Shown here: piece by piece, positions 55,046-64,000 of the stretch
Numbering within the stretch: the first letter of the stretch is position 1
How the letters are laid out: each line of letters begins with the position of its first letter
Assembly (NCBI GenBank): GCA_964016885.1
Contig: OZ024743.1
Coordinates: 47,430,001-47,494,000, forward strand
From: Eledone cirrhosa
Lineage: Eukaryota
Direction: 5' to 3'
DNA: 64,000 bases
The notes under the pieces: generated by a model
The model's input: the letters and a program-made list of their open reading frames with translations, nothing else
The model's database searches: none
Told to the model about the DNA's origin: nothing
Translations under genes and position numbers: made by a program

Positions 55046-55802
55046 CATAGATACTTCTTTGTCAACAGTTTCCGTCTCCAAAAGAAGGAGTATAATTTTA
55101 CAAAAGTTAGTACATTCCGTCACGTGATTTCTGACGTTTATCTGTAATTACTCTTGAAGCTGTTTTAAACGATGAGAATACCAACTGGCCAACCAGCTCT
55201 GTGGTGCCTTTAACTCCTAGTGCTCGGACCTCAGAACCTGGGGAAGACCCACAACGATTGTGAATTGATGGAGTCGTAGACACGCGCCATGACACTTCTA
55301 CAGACTTCCAGCCTTGCTGCAGATTGCCAACTTCATCAACCCTATGAAACCTTCTCGGGAGAAACACTTGAACCAAATATTTTTAAAAAGTGGGTGAGAT
55401 ACATGTCTATAGCTATACCATAGACATAGTGTAGCGATGGTGAAGGTGCATGGCTTAGTGGTTACAACGTCGGGCTTGTTAAAGCAACACTATCTCTTTC
55501 GGCCCTTTGCGTTCTGCGATGTCACTAGTGCCAAGCTGTGACGGCCTTTGTCTCGGTGTCATGTAGAAGAGAGGTTTGTATGCAAAGGCGGTTGCTAGTC
55601 TTCCACAAAAACATCTTGTCCTGGCTTGCACCTTTGATTGGAACTTTCCAGCCACAAACACATAGTCAGTTGTAACTGAAGGGACCTTTAATGTGATAGC
55701 AAAATGTTAATTTTGCATCAATTAAAAATGACAATTAGAAATTGGATAAGTATAGTTATTCTATGTCAAATTTCACTCACAAGGTATTGGCTAATAAGGG
55801 GA

Positions 55803-56052
55803 CGATATTGTAGAAAAAAATCTGGATGATATGGTAGAAAAAATCTGGATGATATGGTAGAAAAAATCTGGATGATATGGTAGAAAAAATCTGGATGATA
55901 TGGTAGAAAAAATCTGGATGATATGGTAGAAAAAACCTGCGGATGATATGGTAGAAAAAATCTGAATGATATGGTAGAACAAACCTGGGGATGATATGGT
56001 AGAAAAAATCTGGATAATATGATAGAAAAAATCTGGATAATATGGTAGAAAA
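55803..56052. repeat. 23-bp minisatellite, about 10 copies, within a minus-strand SINE remnant
   Basis: Unit tctggatgatatggtagaaaaaa. Confidence 0.9.
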
Positions 56053-56545
56053 CACTTCCTTTGTACAAGGTGCCGCACAGAGTGATCGAACTAAAAACTA
56101 TGTGGTTATGAAGCAAACTTCTTAACCATATTGCCATACCAATATCAATGTCACCGTCATGTTTTGTAAATAATTTCATATAGTTGAGAAAAAGATATTT
56201 TTAAAACGGGGTAGAACAAGTCTGTATGGGAATATCAGAGTCGCTATTAGTTTACTGAGAGCAGAATGTCTTGTTAAGGGCGGGTGGGAGGCATTTGTGG
56301 GTTATTCTCCTTCACTGTGGTGGTTTTTCTTCCTCTTCTTTTATTATTGTCTTTATAGATGTAGTTCATGGTGATGGTAGTGGTGGTGATGGTTTTAGTG
56401 GTGGCGGTGGTGGTATAGTTACTTCTTAACATTTGTCAAACAACATTTGTTAACTTGTGTTGTTTTGGTTGGTTTTGTTATCGTTTCTGTGGTTGTTTGT
56501 ATTTTTGTTTTTGCTTGTTTCCTTGTTTCAAAGTGTTGTTGTTGT

Positions 56546-56647
<102 letters not shown>

Positions 56648-56799
56648 ATATATATAGATATATATATATATATATCAGGAACTGGGGGAGGGCTCATGCC
56701 TCCTCCCAATAATTATATTTTTCTCCCCAAACTACCAAAACACATCTATTTGGATATACGCTACAATGTATGTAGATGTTATATAGAGACAGAAGGGAG

Positions 56800-59700
56800 A
56801 GATAGATATAAATGTCTATTTAATTGCCACCAGGGCATCAAAGATTGGGACAAATACAAAGGGGGGAGTTTACATACATTTAAAAAGACGTGTAAAAAAC
56901 ATATAACAAATTAAATTTAACAATCGATGTCCTCAATAGGGAGGGCGTTGACATGGGTCGCACACACCTCCTAAAAAATGTGCAACCCTCCTCTTCAGGA
57001 GCACAAAGAGCGGGTGCTTCCTTCCTCTTCTCATTCTTCTCCTCTCTCACCTACAGGCTGATATAGAGAGAAGGCCCATTCACTCGGGCCATTCTCGCTA
57101 CTTTCACCCACCTTTCATAAAACTTGCTGGGGTAGAGCACCTCTCTCTCCATTCTGATCCTTCTTCTAAAGTGGTACTTAAAAAAAAAGACCAGTTGTTG
57201 GCCGGAGAGAAAGGTGTCTGACCTCAGCCCTTTCAACCTTGTCCACTATACAACTTCTTTCACCATAGCTATCACACAGAGGAAAACCGCCTCTCCTTCG
57301 TTTTTGAAAGGGGGAGGCGGTTTGATCGTGACAATGTTCTCGGTGGTCAACCGGATTGGTCCCACCCGCGACAGTAGTCGTTCCACATAGCCCCACAGGT
57401 CAGCAACGCCCGGGCAGTGTACGAATGCGTGTGCGACGGTTTCCTCGTCACGCACGCATCTCGGACAGATCTTCTTCGAACGGTCCCTACCCGGGCGCCC
57501 GTGTGTCTGTAGAGCTTGTCCTGAACGGGTAGAGCTCCTCGGTAGCATTGCCAAGCCAGGGACTTTTGGAAGTTGTCCATCGGTCCCGGGCCAAACGTCC
57601 TACCGAACAGACTGGCTAGCTCATCTTCGTCCATGCCCAGAGCCTCTCCGAGAGCGTCGTCGCAGTTACTGCGCACCAACCCTCTATAGAATGTTGAGGT
57701 TGAGTCTCCACTGATTGCCGGATCCGCTTGCCAGAGGGTCGTGAGCGCCTGGGCACATTCAATGTGCCAGTCGCCCACTTTTCTCGGTCTTTGCTTGACC
57801 CAGGATTGCAACTCGGTGAGTGAGACGAGTCTCGGAAAGGCTCGCCTCACAAACAGGGTCCACACCGGCTGACCGGTGAGGAATACCTGGAGGTGCCGTA
57901 GCCTTAATGCGTGTCTACGCATCGTCAGCCACAGCATCCCCACCCTCAGTCGAAGGGTGTTGACAGCAGATGGATCTTCTCACCAAAGGAGTTCGCTTCT
58001 TCCAAAGGAATCGAAAGAGCGCACGCTCCATTTTGGCGAGTGTTTTCTCTGGGAAAGGCACGACGGTCAAGTGGTAGTAGATGACAGACGCTATATAAGC
58101 GTTCGCCACCTCCGCTCGACCTTTCAGGGATAATTTGCAGTCGGCCCACTTCTGGACGAGTGCAAACACCCTGCCCGTTACTTCGTCCCAGTATTTCTCC
58201 ACCTGGAGGTCCGGTCCGAACCAGACCCCGAGCAGCTTCACCGGTCCCTCCGTCCAGCGTCCGACGATGCCGTCGGAGGGCATCGTTTTGCCCCTCCACG
58301 TCCCGAGTTGCAAACCGACGGACTTGTCCCGGTTGACTTGTCCAGCTTGGCTCCTGTAAACCTTTCGTATTCCTCCAGTAAGGTGCCGATCTGCCGAATT
58401 CTGAGGCGCACGACACCATTACTGTCACATCATCGGCGTAGGCCGACACCGCTTTCCGCAATCCCGGTTCCAAGGGGATGCCCTGCAACAGCTCCAGCTT
58501 CCGCAGTAGTGGCTCGAGAGCCAGCACATACAGAAGGGAGGAGAGAGGGCATCCCTGTCAGATGGATCGCGTGATTTGGAACGGCTCCGAGAGGTAGCCG
58601 TTCACCTTGACCCTCGAGCACGTGTTGCTGCTGTGCATTGCAGCAATCCAGCCCTTTAAAACGGGTCCGAAGCCTACAGCCGCGAGCACCGCATCCAGAT
58701 ACCGATGGTCGACCCTATCGAACGCCTTAGATTTATCCAAGTTGATCAGGGCCCCACCAAAGCCGGGTTCGTTCCCTACTCTCTCTACGATGTATCGCAT
58801 GAGGTGGAGGTTGTCGTGTATGGACCTGGACGGGATTGCGCATGTCTGCGCTTCTCCCACCAGGTTCCCGACGACAAGCGCCAACCTCATCGCTAACACC
58901 TTGGCCAAAATCTTTAACTCTGTGTTTAGCAGAGTTATGGGCCTGAAGTTATCTATGCCATCCTGCTTGTTCTCGTCCTTCCTCACAAGCGTGACTACGC
59001 CTTTGGTCATTGAACTGGGAATTCTCCCGTTCTGTTGCCAGTTGCAGTAGACCGCCTCGAGGAGACCGGAGAACAAGTCCGGTATCGCTACATAAAGTTC
59101 GTATGGTAGACCATCGAGACCCGGAGATTTTCGTTTGCCGCATTGGCTCAGCGCTTCCTCTATTTCAGCGGCTGAAATCGGCCTTTCGCAGGAGTTCGCC
59201 TCCCCGTCCGAGAGCCGCGCCAGACCGTCGAGGTATGTACTGAAATCCATGGCCTCACCCGGCCCGCCGCCCCTCCCGAACAGTCGTGAAAAGCGCCGTT
59301 GAAAGGCCGCGTTCATCCGCTCAGGTTCAAGGATCACGCGTCCATCCTGGTCCTTCAAAGACCGAATCGTGGACTTGTTTCCACTTTTTGCCTCTGTCAC
59401 TCGGGCCCAACTAACAGCTTTGGCTCCCCCGTTACCCAGAGCACGTATTTTACTCCTGACAACGCAGCCCTCGTGCTTCGCGTCAAAGAACTGGTCTAGG
59501 GCTGTTCTTGACGCCAGCACGCCAGCCACGTTGCCACTCCTAATCGCCTCTTCTACTCTATCTATTAATTCCCTTTCAGTTCTATTCCTATCTGATGCTA
59601 ATTCCTGACTAAAACCTATCGATTCTATTCTAATTTCTCTCTAGAGAGAGCCCCACCACCTGCTGTTGACAATTGCCCCCGTCAACCGCTGCTTAACTAG

Positions 59701-62190
59701 AGTGCTAATCCGCTTACTGTAAGCTTTGTTTGTCGGTCAGGACAAGTTTAGCTTCCAGTAACCGGGTTCTATCAAGGTTCACCACTCCGGTCACCAACTT
59801 GTGATCCGAATAGTTAACCATGAACATTCGTGGACAGCTTAATATGTCCCTATCCTTATTTCTAACTAGGAACCTATCTAGGTACGACCTAGATGTTCCG
59901 CTGCGATTAGTCCACGTCCACAGTGGCACAGTCGGAAAATCTAGTCGATATCTATCGGCCAGATCAAATCGGCCGATTAATCGTTTGAGGCTGTTACACC
60001 CCCTTCTATCGGGACATTCCCCTACATAGTCCCAACGTGCATCCAGGATACCATTCCAGTCACCCACTAAAAGCAAGGAGCGAGACGTTCTCAGGAAAGT
60101 CTCCAGGCGTCGGAAGAAGTCCGATCGCGGTGTCCCAGATGGGGCATACGCTGCCACCAGCCTGAAAGCTCCACCTTCACTACTGCCGACGTCTAGAACC
60201 ACCAGTCGACCCTCCGGGTCCAGGTGTACCTTCTGTGTGGCAAGACCCAGGTGTTTTCGCAGTAGAACGACAACCCCACCCCCACCCCTCGGCTGACAGA
60301 GAGATGCGTAGATTTCAAAGTCGTCGAAGATGGGGGCCAGTTGGCGCTCGCTGCTGAACCTGGACTCGAAAATAGCCATTACATCCACTCTGTGCGACCT
60401 GAGGTCATTTAAGAGTTTTCCCTGTTTCCAGGACATCTCCAAGCCGCGTGAATTCACACATCCAACTCTTATATTGGCCATGTTGGTGCTGAAGAGTTAA
60501 AAGGAAGAGGAAAGGAAATTACTTACCTCTTCGTCTCCTGGGGACCAGGCTGCACAATTTCCATGGGGGTGTTGGAAGGGTTGTTTGGTGGGTGGTGGTT
60601 TGTGGTGGGGTGAGGACATCAGTGTGTGGTGGGGTTGGGGTGTTTGGTGGGGTGTGGGTGTCTGGTTTGGGGGTGGGGAAACATCTCAATAGGACGCGGT
60701 TAAGTGGTTTGGTGCAGGTGGGCCCCACATCCATTGGATGGTTCTTTTTCAGAGTTACATAGGTTTCCGTTGGGACCCTAATCATCATTAGGTGCGGTTT
60801 GCCCGCTGCGTAGATGAAAGTGATCCCTTCGGTTTCCACCGAAGGGTTATTGTCTATTGCTTTCATCGAAGTTTTATTGTTCTTGTTAATGTATGTATAG
60901 TGTTTTTGTTGTGTTGTGTTTGTTTTTGTTTGTTGTTCTTGCGCGTGTTTGCGTTTTGTAGTATGTGTTATGTTTTCGGGAGGGGTGGGTTTTTTTGTTT
61001 GTGGTGTTTGTTCTGTTTGTGTTGGTGGCTGTGTGTTTGCTGCATTTTTGTTAATGTGGTGCATTTTTTTTCTTTCCTTTTCACCTGTTCGAAGGGTTCT
61101 CTTTCGTCGTCACTTGGTGACGTTGATACGGAGTCCTCTTCCGATTTGTTGGGGAGGGGTATGGGGTTTTGTTGTGGTTGCTTTTGTATTTGTTTTAGGT
61201 GGGGAGGGGTTGGGTGGGACAGTGTCTTGTGTTGTTATTTTTCCGTGTTGTTGTGGTTGTTGTTGTTGTTGTGGTGGTGGTGGTGGTAGTGGTGGTGGTG
61301 GTGGTTGTGTTGTTGTGTTCGGGGTTGGCAGAAGAGCCTTTTTTTTATTCGTTAATTGAGGACAGGCAGCCCTCAGGTGACACCTGCTTAAGCAGTGGTA
61401 ACATGACTGCCGCCTACCCTCCACTGAAATGTTTATATAGGTTAGCCCGTCCAGGGGCACGCGTTGTGGGATATTCGCTATTCGTTCAGGGCTCATTTGC
61501 ACCAGAACTTCTACGCTAGTCCCACCAAATACACCTTCGGAGGACTTTCCTACTGAGATTATCCTGTCTTCATCAAAATCAATAAATCCAAAAGTCACGT
61601 ATTGTTTTGCGTCTTGTAGTAGTTGTTTTGCATTAGTTATGTCAATTGGCGTGTGTAGTTCGTTTTTTTTTTACAGTTTGTGCGAACGTTGTTTTGGTGT
61701 TCTTGTCTTTTTTGTTGCTGTTGTTGTTGTCACTGTTGTTGATGTTGTTCATGTTTTCCTTGGTGTTGTTATTGTTGCAGTTGTTGGTTGTGGTGTTATT
61801 GTCATTGTTCTTGTTGTTGGTGCTGGTATTATTTACCGGGTTTGGTTCCGTGGTTTCAATATTTACAACGTTTTTCGATAAGGCGAGGGTGGAAGGCTGC
61901 AAGCTTTGTACTCCTACCTTCCCTCCACCATTTTTCTTAGTGGACGTGGCACTCACTACAGTGTGCGAGGTTGAAATGGCATCCATTATTGACTATCAAG
62001 TTTACACAGATTTTAAGATGAAAATTTCGCCCCAAAAAGAGGCGAAAATTAGTTAACTCAACGTCTGAAGGCCCAGACAAGGGGTTAAACTAAACAATAC
62101 TAACAAATTGAACAATGAACTCACAGTTTTTTTAACAATAATCCGTAAAAATCCGGAGCGAAGTAATGCACGTCTATCGAATGGAAGAGA
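56800..62190 (-). mobile_element. Tx1/L1-clade LINE copy 3 (different subfamily, frameshifted; 5' boundary approximate)
   Basis: ORF1 pieces 60519-61986 (CYHCLSRCHLRAAC) and ORF2 pieces 57051-60481 (GDWN, SDH, PGLDG, YADD, CPRC..H...C). Confidence 0.92.
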
Positions 62191-62930
62191 GTCCCGTATA
62201 GTAGATATAGAGAGGGCGAGAAATTGATGTTTATTGATATAGAGAGAAGTTGGGGAGAGAGTGTTGTATGGTTGATGTAGAGAGGGCGAGTGTTTGGTGT
62301 TAATGAATAGAGTGAGAGTATTGATAGAGATATGTATTGATAGATATAGAGAGGGGGAGACTTGGGTAGTGATGGATAGAGTGAGAGGGAATGAGAGAGA
62401 GTGTTGTATGATAGATATAGAGAGTGAGGTAGTTTGTTGGTAATTGATAAAGTGGGGGGGATTGGAAGAGAGAGTGTCGTGTAGTAGATATAGAGAGTGG
62501 TAGATTTCAATGCTTGTAGACATAATGAGGGGGTTTGTAGAGATAAATATTGCTAATTATAGAGAGGGGTATTAGCAGAAACAGTATCATAAAAGATATA
62601 GAGGGGGGGTCTGTAATGGACAGAGAGAGAACAATTACGAGAGAGTTTGGGCATGATTGATATAAAGAGGGGGATTGTGAGAGTGTTTTGTATGTTAGAT
62701 ATAGAGAGGGGGAGAATTTGGTGGTTGTAGATATATAGAGAGGATAATGGGAGAGTGCCGTGTAGTAGACATAGAGAGGGGGAGAGTTTAGGTGTGATTG
62801 ATATAGGGAGGGGGATTGTGAGAGTGTTTTGTATGTTAGATATAAAGAGGGGGAGAATTTGGTGGTTGTAGATATAGAGAAAGGATTATAGGAGAGTGCC
62901 GTGTAGTAGGCATAGAGAGGGTCCCAAATA
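62190..62930. repeat. Degenerate purine-rich tandem array (about 35-bp subunits, 141-bp higher-order repeat)
   Basis: Recurrent gatatagagaggggg; 62660-62780 matches 62800-62920. Confidence 0.7.
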
Positions 62931-63284
62931 ATAGGAGGGGTGGATATAAATGAGGAGGGGGGGGTCTTGGGAAATCGATAAGAAAATTGTATAGTGTACG
63001 TTCGTAAATATGGGATTCCTTGTGATGTTCTTTTTTTGTCGTATATAATATTTTTTAATGTAAAATAAAATAATTTCCTGTGAATTATTTACGGACGTAA
63101 GAATGAAAACTCAATACCGAAGAAGAGTTTAAATATTTATATATTATGGCTAAGTGATGAGCCTTGTTACTTTGGATTTTCACCTGGGTACTCACAGGAT
63201 CATCAGACATGACTGGTGTTCCTGTGGGTGGACAGGTGAAAATTTAGAGGAACACAGCTCACGAATAGCCGTAATACATCAATG

Positions 63285-63327
<43 letters not shown>

Positions 63328-63458
63328 GTATGTATATATATATATATATATATGTGTGTGTATATATATATATATGTGTGTGTGTATATATATATATGTG
63401 TCTGTGTGTATATATATGTGTGTGTGTGTGTGCGTGTGTGCGTGTGTGTGTGTATATA

Positions 63459-63523
<65 letters not shown>

Positions 63524-63524
63524 C

Positions 63525-63788
63525 TATGGATTATATACAAGTTTCTACATAACTTGGACATTATTTATCCCAACTTGTAGAAATCTTATAACGAAACGAT
63601 CGTATGGAAAGAAAGAGAGATTTATTTAATTATGTCTCATATAAAATAATACAACCAACTTTCCACGAAATACTATATAGTTAGCACCCCAAACACTTAA
63701 TTGGGATTATACTTAGGTATATCCTAATGTTTGTTGAGTGAGATGGAGTTGGTCAGAGTATCGCTTAAAGCTTTCTCTGTTAATGTAT

Positions 63789-63790
<2 letters not shown>
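63525..63790 (+). mobile_element. Truncated copy of the 16.5-17.4 kb hammerhead element in (TA)n
   Basis: Homologous to 17135-17396; retains the 3' half of the hammerhead (GAAACGATCGTA at 63593). Confidence 0.85.
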
Positions 63791-63868
<78 letters not shown>

Positions 63869-63869
<1 letters not shown>

Positions 63870-64000
63870 TAGCAGCAGTACCCAGCGTAGGTAAAATAAT
63901 ATCTGCTTTGCTGAAAAGGTGTTGATCTTAGCGACTGCTTCTCGATGACTCATCTATGGTCACACACAGGCCATGCGGGGGAGGGTGGTGATTACCTCTA
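63869..64000 (-). mobile_element. Probable Helitron-like 3' end
   Basis: (TA)n-ctagcagcagtacccagcg resembles the ends at 9878 and 29489. Confidence 0.4.

Overview
Eukaryotic, gene-free, repeat-saturated DNA. The SINE families and extreme microsatellite load suggest an octopus or other cephalopod (inference). No host exon is recognisable. The only real protein-coding sequence belongs to retrotransposons: three near-full-length Tx1/L1-clade LINEs (two head-to-tail at 39.6-52.5 kb, one on the minus strand at 56.8-62.2 kb), R4/Dong-clade RLE LINEs, RTE and CRE-like remnants, and a Penelope-like element with a GIY-YIG domain and long inverted pLTRs. There are also SINEs, hAT and pogo-like MITEs and Helitron-like pieces. 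Two signals are not explained by this annotation. (1) About 14 type-I hammerhead-ribozyme motifs from several unrelated families sit in short segments embedded in (TA)n tracts. All have a self-complementary stem III, and several carry 55-100 nt insertions in stem II. (2) A 5' splice-site consensus overlaps the ORF1 stop codon of the Tx1 elements and could splice ORF1 in frame to ORF2 (directly readable in two copies; the third needs an inferred ORF1 frame). The tandem Tx1 pair also shares ORF2 while having very different ORF1s, and the LINE families appear to have distinct microsatellite targets. All structures were read by eye; boundaries of degenerate elements are approximate.
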